From sequence record JX483878.1: a DNA stretch of 32,000 bases. One strand, written 5' to 3'. The first letter of the stretch is position 1. The number at the start of each line of letters is the position of its first letter. Source of the DNA: Rhizobium phage RHEph06. Shown in pieces: positions 1 to 9,127 of the stretch. The notes under the pieces were generated by a model that saw only the letters and a list, made by a program, of their open reading frames with translations, searched no databases and was not told where the DNA came from. The translations under genes were made by a program, and so were the position numbers.

Positions 1-780
1 TACCGTGACAAGGCAGCCCTGGATGGCCTCGCCGAATGGGTCGAGGCGCAGTCCAAGCAGGCGATTATTGATACCAATGACATCCTCACGGAGTCGGCGG
101 CGGACACGACTAGCTTCGCAGCTCGCAACAAGAACCTTTTCGTTCGCACGTCGGCATTCTATCACACCGACGCCACCGAGTTCCCGGCATTCGCTTTCAT
201 GGCGATCCTGGGCACTCGCAACTTCGACAACCCGGAAACAGCCTACACCGGCAAGTTCAAGAAGATTCGCGGCATCGCCGCAATCAACAAGGGCTCGGCC
301 GCGGTGCAGGCAATCACCGGCTTCACCCCTGCCCTCGGTCAATCGACCACCGCAGGCCACATGGCCAACACGCTGGTCGATATCGGCGGGCAGATCTTCG
401 TTGTCGAGGGCTCGACGCTCACGCCGAACGTCTTCATTGACGAGATCCACGCGACCGACTGGATCATCGCTCGCACCGAAGAACAGACCCTCGGCGTCCT
501 GTTGAACAATGCCCGTGTCCCGTTCACAAACTCGGGGATGGAACTGCTTGCTTCCGGCGCCCGGACGGTCATGCGCGTTGCTGACCGCGCTGGTCTCATC
601 GCGAACGATGACAAGGACGACCTGGGCAACTTCCGTCCCGCCGTCCAGTTCGAGATCCCGGACGTGTTCAGTGTGCCGGAATCGCAGAGGAAGGCGCGTA
701 TCGCCCCGCCGATCAAAGTCACTTTCCGCTACGCCGGCGCGGTGCACTACACGACCATTAACTACAACATGACCTTCTAA
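1..780 (+). CDS. Tail sheath-like protein, DUF3383 family (5' partial; reading frame 1 is open from base 1)
   Basis: Frame 1 is open from the window edge (YRDKAALDGLAEWVEAQSKQAII...) into the 199..780 ORF (MAILGTRNFDNPETAYTGKFKKIRG...). It is followed by tube-like and chaperone-like genes in the usual myovirus order. Confidence 0.75.
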   Translation, partial: YRDKAALDGLAEWVEAQSKQAIIDTNDILTESAADTTSFAARNKNLFVRTSAFYHTDATEFPAFAFMAILGTRNFDNPETAYTGKFKKIRGIAAINKGSAAVQAITGFTPALGQSTTAGHMANTLVDIGGQIFVVEGSTLTPNVFIDEIHATDWIIARTEEQTLGVLLNNARVPFTNSGMELLASGARTVMRVADRAGLIANDDKDDLGNFRPAVQFEIPDVFSVPESQRKARIAPPIKVTFRYAGAVHYTTINYNMTF

Positions 781-809
781 GGTCCGGGCATCCACAGGAG
801 ATCAACGAA

Positions 810-1244
810 GTGACCCAGTCCTCGGCTTACAGCATGAAGAACGTAGCGGCGACCGTCAACGGTCAACCCGTTATCGGTTTCTGGGACGGCGATGATGCCG
901 TCCAGATCGCCCCGCTTGCAGACGTCGGCACAATGATGGTAGGCGCCGATGGCTCCAGCATCTTCTCGCAGTCGGCGAATGAAGGCGCGACCATCACGCT
1001 CAGGTTGCAGCACACATCGCCGACCCACAAGCTGCTCATGCAGCAAATGGCGTTGCAGCGTGCTCGCGGCATTCGTTTGACTGGCTTCCCGGTTTCGGTC
1101 ATCGACACTGACAGCCAAGAAGGCGGTGCAACGGACCAGGCGTTCATTCAACAGGCCCCGACCGATAGCAAGGGCGTCAATGCCCAGGCGCGCGAATGGG
1201 TCTTGGTGACAGGCTCGTGGCGTCCTCAGGCGTCTAACGCCTGA
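810..1244 (+). CDS. Phage structural protein, probable tail tube (DUF3277-like)
   Basis: 144 aa (MTQSSAYSMKNVAATVNGQPVIGFWDGDDAVQIAP...). Position directly after the sheath-like gene. Confidence 0.65.
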   Translation: MTQSSAYSMKNVAATVNGQPVIGFWDGDDAVQIAPLADVGTMMVGADGSSIFSQSANEGATITLRLQHTSPTHKLLMQQMALQRARGIRLTGFPVSVIDTDSQEGGATDQAFIQQAPTDSKGVNAQAREWVLVTGSWRPQASNA

Positions 1245-1288
1245 CCCCTGAAAATAAACCAGCCCCAACTTACGAAGAGGAATATCTG

Positions 1289-1726
1289 ATGGCGGAGGCA
1301 AAAATTGGCAGCAGGACGTTCAAGGTCCAACCAATGCTCGCTACCAAGGCACTGGTTCTGCAAGGTCGTCTTTTCAAAGCGCTTGGCCCGGCAGTTTCAA
1401 AATTCGGCGAAATGCTCAAAACTCGTGGCGATGATGTCCCGGTCGAGCAAAAAGAAGCTGCACAAAGCGCCGCCTTGGCCGCCCTCGGCGAGGTATTGAG
1501 CAAGCTCGATCCTCACGAATACGCCAGCTTGGTCGGCGAGATCATCTCGACCGCCCAGATTCAGCGCGGCAATGGGCAGTACATGCCCGCCGACCTGGAT
1601 GGCGATTTCAGCGAGAATATCGATGAGATCCTGCCTGTCGTCCTCTTCGTTTTGAAGGTGCAATTTGGCCCTTTTTTCAAAGGACTGCCGGGTCTTGGGA
1701 GCCTCGCAGCGCTGGCGCGGGGTTAA
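1289..1726 (+). CDS. Tail assembly chaperone, short (zero-frame) form
   Basis: 145 aa ORF between tube and tape measure genes, RBS gaagagg upstream. Contains a T TTT TTC heptamer before its stop. Confidence 0.7.
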   Translation: MAEAKIGSRTFKVQPMLATKALVLQGRLFKALGPAVSKFGEMLKTRGDDVPVEQKEAAQSAALAALGEVLSKLDPHEYASLVGEIISTAQIQRGNGQYMPADLDGDFSENIDEILPVVLFVLKVQFGPFFKGLPGLGSLAALARG

Positions 1727-1935
1727 GCCCCGCCCAAATCAAAAGGGCGGCTCCCAATCTCAACCTCTTCCTGTGGAGGCCTGTCATTGCGGATCCGCCT
1801 ATTTACTCCCAAAGTGATTTGCGGACCTGGGTTACGCTTGAGGACGTATTTGACGCCCATGAAGCACTTGACCTAAAGGGTGCAATGAGCGAAAAAGCGG
1901 CGCAGGATGCCGCATTGATACAGAACAAACGCTGA
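1627..1935 (+). CDS. Frame -1 extension of the tail assembly chaperone (about 215 aa fusion 1289..1678 + 1678..1935)
   Basis: Frame 1 is open 1627-1935 with no good independent start. Hand translation gives ...QRTAGSWEPRSAGAGLSPAQIKRAAPNLNLFLWRPVIADPPIYSQSDLRTWVTLEDVFDAHEALDLKGAMSEKAAQDAALIQNKR*. It is in the -1 frame relative to the upstream ORF. Confidence 0.7.
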   Translation, partial: DPACRPLRFEGAIWPFFQRTAGSWEPRSAGAGLSPAQIKRAAPNLNLFLWRPVIADPPIYSQSDLRTWVTLEDVFDAHEALDLKGAMSEKAAQDAALIQNKR

Positions 1936-1944
1936 GGGCTCGGA

Positions 1945-3681
1945 ATGGCAACGGTAATTGATGAACTGATTGCTCTTCTCGGGTACAAGATCGAGGGCGA
2001 AGCCGATCTCAAGAGGTTCAATAAGGGCCTCGATTCCCTTGAAAAGAAGGCGTATGCCGTGGGCAAGGCCCTCGGTACCGTCGCCGTTGCCGGTGCAGCG
2101 ATCACAACCGCAGCGTTTGCCGCCCTCGGCAAGAGCGTGATCGAGACCTCGGCCCAATTTGAGGGCTATGGGGCGACGCTCGAGACTATCGAGGGGAGCG
2201 CCGACAAGGCGAAGAAGTCCCTTGCGTGGATCACCGAGTTCGCGAAAACAACCCCTTACGACGTAGCAGGGGTGACCGAGGCCTTTGTGAAGTTGAAGGC
2301 ATACGGGTTGGACCCAATGGACGGCAGTCTTGTCGCCCTCGGTGACGCCGCGTCCGGCATGGGCAAAACGCTCAACCAAGCGGTCGAGGCGATGGCGGAT
2401 GCCGTCACAGGCGAGAACGAGCGCCTGAAAGAATTTGGCATCACGACCAAGGTGGCAGGGGATCAAATCACCTACACTTGGCGACAGAACGGCAAAGAGA
2501 TGTCGAAGACGCTCAAGAAGAACGGCGTCGAGATCGCCAAGTTCTTGCGCGACAACTTCGAAGGCCGCTTTGCCGGCGCAATGATCCGCCAGTCGAAGAC
2601 GTGGAACGGGATGATCTCGAACCTCGGCGACACCTGGACAGGCTTCCAACGAATGATCGGCGACGCCGGTTTCTTCGAAGCCGTCAAGGGGCAGCTGGGT
2701 CGCCTCATGGACTACCTGGGTCAGCTGCAAGCTGATGGGACCATGCAGAAATGGGCGAAGCGTTTCAGCGATATGTTTATCACGGTCACCAATGGGGCCG
2801 CGACTTTCGTTGAACGCATCATCTTCCATTTCAACTCGATCCAAGGGTGGATCGATAACCACCCAGATATGTTCAAGGGCGTCCTGGCCGCTCTTGCTGT
2901 CCTCGCTGCTTTCAGGTTCCCGCGTACTTTTGCGCTGATTGTACTTGAAGATCTCTTGACATGGCTCGAGGGTGGGGATAGCGTTATCGGGAAGATTGCA
3001 GAGTCCTTGTCTCAGCTTACGGGCATCAATGCCGATACGTTGGGCAAGATTGTTGCGACGCTTGCCGGTATGGCGACGTTTGCGACAATCGCCGGCGGGG
3101 TCTCGGGTTTGGCAACCGCAATCAGTTTGTTGGCGTCCGCCCTTACAACGCTGGGCGGCGCTGGTGCGGCCGCAGGTCTTGCGGCATTGGGTAAAGCAGG
3201 AGGCGCCGCAGGAACGGCAGCCGGTGCGGGTGGTGGAATTATGGGTTTGCTTGGCAGGGTTGGGAAGATGGTGGGTGCGGCGGGGCTTGGTCTCAGCGCG
3301 GCACTGACCCTCGGTGGGAATGGCGAGCTCAACGCTCTGCCGAAAGAAAAAGTTCAACAGATGTTGGACGCTCAGCGGGAAAAGTACAAGCAATCTTCGA
3401 GCGCCGCCCCTGTTGAAGTTCCGATGACGGCGGCACAAGCTGTTTCGAACGCGATGGCGAATGCTGCCAAGATGAAAGCGGACGCAGCGGGCACCCAGGT
3501 CACACAGACCGACAACAGCAACCGCAGTGTGACGAACAACATCCAAACGACCGTCAACCAAAGCGTCACCCAGGCAACCGACGCGCCCGGCGCGGCGGCT
3601 TCCGCAACAGCGGACGCGGTGAATAAGGCGGCCCAGCCCGCTAGGATGCAGGGGAGCGCAGCAGGTAGCGGGGCATTCTGA
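1945..3681 (+). CDS. Tail tape measure protein
   Basis: 578 aa, Ala/Gly-rich with hydrophobic segments and 'ATLETIEGSADKAKKSLAWITEFAKTTPYDVAGVTEAFVKLKAYG', typical of tape measure N-termini. Confidence 0.85.
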   Translation: MATVIDELIALLGYKIEGEADLKRFNKGLDSLEKKAYAVGKALGTVAVAGAAITTAAFAALGKSVIETSAQFEGYGATLETIEGSADKAKKSLAWITEFAKTTPYDVAGVTEAFVKLKAYGLDPMDGSLVALGDAASGMGKTLNQAVEAMADAVTGENERLKEFGITTKVAGDQITYTWRQNGKEMSKTLKKNGVEIAKFLRDNFEGRFAGAMIRQSKTWNGMISNLGDTWTGFQRMIGDAGFFEAVKGQLGRLMDYLGQLQADGTMQKWAKRFSDMFITVTNGAATFVERIIFHFNSIQGWIDNHPDMFKGVLAALAVLAAFRFPRTFALIVLEDLLTWLEGGDSVIGKIAESLSQLTGINADTLGKIVATLAGMATFATIAGGVSGLATAISLLASALTTLGGAGAAAGLAALGKAGGAAGTAAGAGGGIMGLLGRVGKMVGAAGLGLSAALTLGGNGELNALPKEKVQQMLDAQREKYKQSSSAAPVEVPMTAAQAVSNAMANAAKMKADAAGTQVTQTDNSNRSVTNNIQTTVNQSVTQATDAPGAAASATADAVNKAAQPARMQGSAAGSGAF

Positions 3682-4304
3682 TGACTGCAATCATCTTTTC
3701 CAACACAATCGGCCCCGTCCCGATCTCTGTGGTCATTTCCGAGGAACATGAATCCACCATCGGGATCACTGAGCAGCCGGTTGAGACGGGCGCAAAGATC
3801 ACAGATCACGCCTATGTTGAACCGAAGAAGCTTTCGCTCGAGTTCGGCGACGAGAACGCGGTTGCGACCTATAACGCGCTGGTTCGCTTTCAGGAAAGCC
3901 GCGTTCCCTTTTCGATAATCTCGGGTTTGTATGTCTACAACAACATGCTTATCCGAGCAATCAACGTCACCCGGGATTCGACTTATTCGCGGGTGTTGTC
4001 CGGACGGGTTGATCTGCAAGAAGTCATCATCGTCAGCACCGCTTACGTCTCGACCGAGGGCGAGCAGAACGATCCGCAGAGCACAGGCAAAGCGGGCGGG
4101 AAGAAGAGCACACAATCCGCGCGCCCGACCACAGAAAAGGCCGGCGATGCGGTGACGGGCGACCGCGCTGCTGGGACCACCATGCGAGGTGACGCGGGCG
4201 TCAAGACAATCGAGCCCGCCAAAAACTCGTCCATCCTTAACAGCCTAACGAGCAGCTCCCCGGGTACCGTGAGCCGCCCGCCCGGAGGTCGCCCTGCGCC
4301 ATGA
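3681..4304 (+). CDS. Dit-like baseplate/tail protein
   Basis: 207 aa (MTAIIFSNTIGPVPISVVISEEHESTIGITEQPVETGAKITDHAYVEPKKLSLEFGDENA...). Directly after the tape measure. Confidence 0.55.
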   Translation: MTAIIFSNTIGPVPISVVISEEHESTIGITEQPVETGAKITDHAYVEPKKLSLEFGDENAVATYNALVRFQESRVPFSIISGLYVYNNMLIRAINVTRDSTYSRVLSGRVDLQEVIIVSTAYVSTEGEQNDPQSTGKAGGKKSTQSARPTTEKAGDAVTGDRAAGTTMRGDAGVKTIEPAKNSSILNSLTSSSPGTVSRPPGGRPAP

Positions 4305-4630
4305 AAGAATTCCCCATCATCGATGCCGCGGACCAGCAGTTTGGCGTTGTGTTGAACGACCGCCGCGTCACGGTGCGCGTTCGCTACAACCCGACAACCG
4401 ACCGGTGGAGTTTCGACCTTTCGATTGATGACGTGCCTGTACTTTACGGGCGGCGTATCGTCACCGGGGTCGACCTGCTTCGCGCTTACGATTTCGGGAT
4501 CGGGTTGATCTTTGCGGCCGCTGTAACCAACGGCGCGGTCCCGGATCGCTCGAGCTTGCCGGCAGGGCTGGTGCGCATTTATTACGCATCGACCGAAGAA
4601 TACGAGGCCGCACTTGCAACAGTATCTTAG
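4301..4630 (+). CDS. Small baseplate protein resembling the cyanophage Pam3 plug gp18 family
   Basis: 109 aa (MKEFPIIDAADQQFGVVLNDRRVTVRVRYNPTTDRWSFDLSIDDVPVLYGRRIVTGVDLL...). Position between Dit-like and hub genes. Confidence 0.55.
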   Translation: MKEFPIIDAADQQFGVVLNDRRVTVRVRYNPTTDRWSFDLSIDDVPVLYGRRIVTGVDLLRAYDFGIGLIFAAAVTNGAVPDRSSLPAGLVRIYYASTEEYEAALATVS

Positions 4631-5513
4631 AAAGGTTCGCTTGACGGCGAAAGGCAAGGGCGGGTCAATTGTCATTAACCCGGGCGGCCTCTCGTTGCAC
4701 GAACTCAAGATTGCTTTCACGATTACGAAGAGCATAAGCTCGACACAGAACAGCGCAAGCATCCGCATTTGGAACCTCTCGGATGCGACCCGCTACGCGT
4801 TGGGCAAAGAGCTTGACGACGTGACGCTTGAAGCAGGTTATTACCCGCCAGAAGGCGGCAATAATGTCGGGATTATTTTCAGCGGGCAGATCCGCGATAT
4901 CGAGCACAGCCGAGAAGGCAACGATATCATCTCGGAGCTGTCTTGCGGGGATGCCGATAAAGCGTTTCGCCATGCGACCATCTCGAAGACTTACCCGAAA
5001 GGGACCGAGGTAAAGACGGTCGTTGATGACATCTACAAGGAAATGGCCAAGCAAGGCGTGACGAAGGGCGAATGGAAATTCCCCGACAACACGCCGACAT
5101 TCAAACGACCCTACAGCGTTTGCGGGACTTGCAAACGTGAGCTCGATACGTTGGGCAGGGGCAAGGATTTTTATTGGTCCGTGCAGAACGGGGTGATGGA
5201 GGTGGTACCTGGGAACGGGTTCATCGGAGGGGTCGTCATGTTGTCGGCACAAACTGGGTTGATCGATACCCCTTCGATCACGGACAACGGCGTCAAGGCG
5301 AAAGCCTTGCTCAACCCCGAGATCCGTCCGAACCGTCGAGTTCAGATCAACAGCGAGGTTCTCGAAATGAACTCTGAGAACGGGATGTATCGTATCGGCG
5401 AGTGCACCTATTCAGGTGACAACCGCGATGGATCCGAGTTCAGTGTTTCATTCACCGGCGAGTCCATCAAAGGCGGCAAGGTGGACGAAGGCACCTGGAA
5501 GGACAACAAATGA
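4614..5513 (+). CDS. Baseplate hub-like protein
   Basis: 299 aa (KIAFTITKSISSTQNSASIRIWNLSDATRYAL... GIIFSGQIRDIEHSREGNDIISELSCGDADKAF). Located between plug-like and spike genes. Confidence 0.6.
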   Translation: MQQYLRKVRLTAKGKGGSIVINPGGLSLHELKIAFTITKSISSTQNSASIRIWNLSDATRYALGKELDDVTLEAGYYPPEGGNNVGIIFSGQIRDIEHSREGNDIISELSCGDADKAFRHATISKTYPKGTEVKTVVDDIYKEMAKQGVTKGEWKFPDNTPTFKRPYSVCGTCKRELDTLGRGKDFYWSVQNGVMEVVPGNGFIGGVVMLSAQTGLIDTPSITDNGVKAKALLNPEIRPNRRVQINSEVLEMNSENGMYRIGECTYSGDNRDGSEFSVSFTGESIKGGKVDEGTWKDNK

Positions 5514-6172
5514 CCGGCAAGCTTGGCAAAACGACATCCTTCCAGGATGACATTATCGGCGCGAAGACGCTCGATGAGCGTAATGCCCAATGGGGCGAGA
5601 TCCCGGGAAAGATTGTGAGCTTTGACCCGGCGACCCAAACGGCGACGGTTCAGCCGCTTTATAAGCCCAAGTTCAACGGGACCCCTGTGGACATGCCCGA
5701 GCTCTTGGAAGTCCCGGTGCGTTTCAGTCGGGCAGGTGGCGGGGCGATCACGTTCCCAGTCGGTGCAGGAGACAAAGTCACCTTGCGTCCACAGATGCGC
5801 TCGAGCGAGAATTATCTGGTGGATGATGACGGCTCGGCGAGTGACGGTCGCTCATTCAACCTGTCTGACATGGAAGCTTTTCTCGATGGCGGCGAGACCC
5901 TAGGCGAGGCAATGCCGAACTTCGATTCTCAGAACATGCATCTGCGCTCAAACCCGGATGGGTCGTTCGGCATAAAGGCATCCCCCGATGGCAAATTCCG
6001 CATTGACGGATCCGAGGGCAATGTTTACGATCTCAACACATCGGGCCTCGAGCTCGCAGCGGAAGGGTTCACCCTGCTCGGTACCGAGGGGCTTGACCAC
6101 TCGCCGCGCTACGCTGAGATCGGTGACGAGCTTTACGAGATCGTTAGCAAGTTAAGGGCAATGCAACTTTGA
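5510..6172 (+). CDS. Gp138-like membrane-puncturing spike / baseplate assembly protein
   Basis: 220 aa (GEIPGKIVSFDPATQTATVQPLYKPKFNG...VPVRFSRAGGGAITFPVGAGDKVTLRP...), OB-fold spike pattern. Confidence 0.7.
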   Translation: MTGKLGKTTSFQDDIIGAKTLDERNAQWGEIPGKIVSFDPATQTATVQPLYKPKFNGTPVDMPELLEVPVRFSRAGGGAITFPVGAGDKVTLRPQMRSSENYLVDDDGSASDGRSFNLSDMEAFLDGGETLGEAMPNFDSQNMHLRSNPDGSFGIKASPDGKFRIDGSEGNVYDLNTSGLELAAEGFTLLGTEGLDHSPRYAEIGDELYEIVSKLRAMQL

Positions 6173-6531
6173 GCAACCATTTCGGCCTAGCGATTGATCC
6201 CACCACCAACGATCTGTTTTTGGACAGCACGCACTCGCTTGCCGTCGTCCAGGATGCGGCCGCGGTAGGGCAGCACGTTCGCCAGCGCCTCATGACCTTT
6301 TACGGGGAATGGTTTCTCGACACGGAAGCTGGGGTCAAATGGCTGGCCCAGATCATGGGCAAAGCTTACGATCCTGCGCTTGCGGAAGCCGTCGTAAAGG
6401 CCGAGGTTTTCGACACGGATGGCGTGACGGGCATTGACGGGTTCGACATTGGTTATATAAAGGATCTGCGGAAGCTCGATATCAAGGGCATCCAGGTCTC
6501 GACCGTTTACGATGAAGAGGTTTCGGTATGA
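6169..6531 (+). CDS. Baseplate wedge protein, gp25/W-like
   Basis: 120 aa (LAVVQDAAAVGQHVRQRLMTFYGEWFLDTEAGVKWLAQIMGKAYDPA...). Confidence 0.7.
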   Translation: MSNHFGLAIDPTTNDLFLDSTHSLAVVQDAAAVGQHVRQRLMTFYGEWFLDTEAGVKWLAQIMGKAYDPALAEAVVKAEVFDTDGVTGIDGFDIGYIKDLRKLDIKGIQVSTVYDEEVSV

Positions 6532-7412
6532 CGAACTACGGTGTTATTTCCGAAGGTTTCAACCGCAAACCCTTGGCGGTTGCACTCGCCGAGATCGAAG
6601 CGTCGCTCATCACTGAGTTCGGTCCGAATGTCATCCAGACGCCGCAATCGCCGCTGGGCCAGATTAACGGTTTGATGGCTGATCTGGTTTCCGCTCTTTG
6701 GGAACTCGCCGAAGACGTCTATCAATCTTACGATCCTGACCAAGCCGAAGGAACCCGCCTTGACACGCTCGGGTCCATTCGCTTGATCTCGAGGCAGGCG
6801 AACGAACCGGACGCATCGTTTCGGCAGGCTATCACAAACTCAGGCCAGGCCCGGGTTGACCTTCAAGACATCGCCCGTGCTATCGCTGCAATCGATGGTG
6901 TGACCTACCAACAGGTCTGGGTCAATGATACCGGCGAGCTCGACGCTAACGGCATGCCGGCTGGTTCGATTTGCATCGCCGTGGTGGGTGGCGATGATTC
7001 CGAGATCGGTGCGGCGATCCGTGAATATGTTGTCCCAGGCGTGACGGTATACGGCAACACCATTGTTGAAAGTCTTATCGATGGGTACTGCCGAAGCTTC
7101 CGCATCCTGCGACCGATTGACGTGCCGGTCACTTTGACCGTCAATATTCGCAAAGAACGAGACAGCGCAGGGTGCCCGCCGCCCTCGGACCAGGCGATTG
7201 AAAATTTCTTGGTCAACAATATCAGCTTCTTGAACGGGGAAGACGTCACCCATTACAAGATCCGTTCGCTGCTCGAATCCCAGTTTGCAAACGTTGAAGT
7301 CCTCTCGATCTCAGGATCCCGAGACGGGCTTGATCTGTTGCCCTCGGTCAACATCGGGTTTATCGAACGGGCGAGTCTTTCAATGACTAGCGTGATGGTG
7401 GTCTCCGTATGA
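6528..7412 (+). CDS. Baseplate J-like protein
   Basis: 294 aa with 'YDPDQAEGTRLDTLGSIRLISRQANEPDASFRQAI' and a GMPAGSICIAVVGGDD segment. Confidence 0.8.
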   Translation: MTNYGVISEGFNRKPLAVALAEIEASLITEFGPNVIQTPQSPLGQINGLMADLVSALWELAEDVYQSYDPDQAEGTRLDTLGSIRLISRQANEPDASFRQAITNSGQARVDLQDIARAIAAIDGVTYQQVWVNDTGELDANGMPAGSICIAVVGGDDSEIGAAIREYVVPGVTVYGNTIVESLIDGYCRSFRILRPIDVPVTLTVNIRKERDSAGCPPPSDQAIENFLVNNISFLNGEDVTHYKIRSLLESQFANVEVLSISGSRDGLDLLPSVNIGFIERASLSMTSVMVVSV

Positions 7413-8209
7413 GCTGCGTTGACGAAAGCATCTTGATCGATGAGCGGATCTCGAGGGTGCTCACCCAGTATCGTGAGAGCCCAAAGCTCCTGCATCTCAT
7501 TAAGACGTATTTGTCCCAGGTCGCAAATATCCATTCGGCGATCTGCGACATGCCTTCGTTCTTCGACCTCAGGACCGCGGTCGGGGACCAGCTCACGTTG
7601 ATCGGAAAGCGCATGGGCTTCCCGCGCTGCCATTGCGTTTGCGACATTCAACCCGTCTTCGGCTTCCCCTGTGGTGACGAAACCCCGGGAACTCGTCAAA
7701 TCCTCGGATTCTGCGAAAACGTCACCTGGGCGGATTGCGATGATGCCGACATCTCGGAAATCTGCATCAACGATGACGAAATGTACCGGCGCTTGCTCAT
7801 TGCTAGATCCTATCAAATAAGCGCCCGCTATAGCACAGCTGACCTTACCAATGCCCTCCGAGCGATCTATGGTGAAACGGCAAAGGTGTTGGACGCCGGG
7901 TATGGTCGGGTCGTTCTCGCCCCGTTTAGGGAGCTGACAGATGATGAGATCGCCATCCTTCAAATTGTTCCTCGAGTTCTTCCAATCGCTCCCGGTATTA
8001 CTACTCGGTGGCACTTCGGTACCTTCTACGTCTTTGGTTTTGGTGAAGGTTGGGGCGGCTTCTGTGAAGAATGGGAATCCGAGGGAGCGTTGATCGATTT
8101 GGGTATCGGCGTTCTCGCAACCGAAGATGATGATTTCATCACAACAGGTCCGCTCACTCGGGGCGCGGATTGGATGTGCGAGATCGATTTGAAACCTTAT
8201 TCCTGCTAG
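7409..8209 (+). CDS. DUF2612-like baseplate/tail protein
   Basis: 266 aa following the J-like gene; 'SRVLTQYRESPKLLHLIKTYLSQ' and 'RYSTADLTNALRAIYG'. Confidence 0.6.
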   Translation: MSCVDESILIDERISRVLTQYRESPKLLHLIKTYLSQVANIHSAICDMPSFFDLRTAVGDQLTLIGKRMGFPRCHCVCDIQPVFGFPCGDETPGTRQILGFCENVTWADCDDADISEICINDDEMYRRLLIARSYQISARYSTADLTNALRAIYGETAKVLDAGYGRVVLAPFRELTDDEIAILQIVPRVLPIAPGITTRWHFGTFYVFGFGEGWGGFCEEWESEGALIDLGIGVLATEDDDFITTGPLTRGADWMCEIDLKPYSC

Positions 8210-8221
8210 GGAGCAATTTGA

Positions 8222-9127
8222 ATGGCTGATTTTAACCCGCCGTGGGCCAACGCTGGTGAGCGCAGGGAGCCGACCACAGATGAGCAGGACAACGGATTCG
8301 GCTGCGGCCCGGCGAGCTTGCCTTTGTTCAACTGGCAGTTCTGGTCGATCCAATCCGAGCTGAACAAGATCATCACGGCGGCAGGGTTGACCCCCTCGAA
8401 TGCCGACATGACCCAGGTCTGGCAAGCGATCCAAATCATGATCGATGCCTCGACCGGAGGCGGCGACCCGTCGAGCTACCTCACAATGCTCCAAGCGCGT
8501 GCTCGTCTTCCGATCTTCCCGGAAGTGCTCAACGCTACTGGCCATTTCGGCGTCATCTCGCCCGGCACGGGGCAGGTTCGCGTTCCGTCCGGCGTCAACT
8601 TTCAGCACCGCGGGATTTACCCGGTTACGACGGTCCAGACGGACTTGGCCACTGATCTAAGCAAGATTTATCATCTGCGTTGGAACCCCACGGATGGTTT
8701 TGCGCTAAAGGACCTTGCGAGCCTCGTCTACAACCCGACCGCGGCGGCCGAAACTGATGCTCGGTTTGATACGACCTATGACGACATGTTGGTCGCCCGT
8801 GTCGTCACGAACTCGTCCAACGTTCCGACAATCACCAATCTTATCAATCGCGACCGCATCCATGACAACTACACGGATATCGCGGCCCCGACTTCGCTGA
8901 TTGGTGCCAACGGTGCGAACCGAACAGCGGTTGTCACCTTCAACTACGCCCGCACGCCGAAGACCTCGGTGCATTTTTACTCCATCGACTACGCCGGCGA
9001 ATACCCGGCAGGTTCGGGCGATCAAGATCAGCGCATCACGGAGACGCTCACGCGTTACCAAGACAGCATTGTGCTGATGTATGACTTCTCCACCTCGATT
9101 GGCATCAAAGTTCTGGCGGTGGCATAA
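8222..9127 (+). CDS. Tail fibre / receptor-binding related protein
   Basis: 301 aa, 'FNWQFWSIQSELNKIITAAGLTPSNADMTQVWQAIQIMI' typical of tail fibre N-terminal regions. Position after the DUF2612-like gene. Confidence 0.6.
   Translation: MADFNPPWANAGERREPTTDEQDNGFGCGPASLPLFNWQFWSIQSELNKIITAAGLTPSNADMTQVWQAIQIMIDASTGGGDPSSYLTMLQARARLPIFPEVLNATGHFGVISPGTGQVRVPSGVNFQHRGIYPVTTVQTDLATDLSKIYHLRWNPTDGFALKDLASLVYNPTAAAETDARFDTTYDDMLVARVVTNSSNVPTITNLINRDRIHDNYTDIAAPTSLIGANGANRTAVVTFNYARTPKTSVHFYSIDYAGEYPAGSGDQDQRITETLTRYQDSIVLMYDFSTSIGIKVLAVA

Noticed and set aside
1873-3690. 605-aa ORF on the - strand opposite the tape measure gene
   Set aside because: Shadow ORF in a GC-rich gene. No coherent domain, and the + strand product is a convincing tape measure protein in a syntenic tail operon.
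3372-4768. Long - strand ORFs (3372..4115 and 4043..4768)
   Set aside because: Antisense to the Dit-like/plug genes; compositionally like mirrored coding sequence with no recognisable motif.
7253-8608. 451-aa ORF on the - strand
   Set aside because: Entirely antisense to DUF2612-like and fibre genes; no RBS or motif support.
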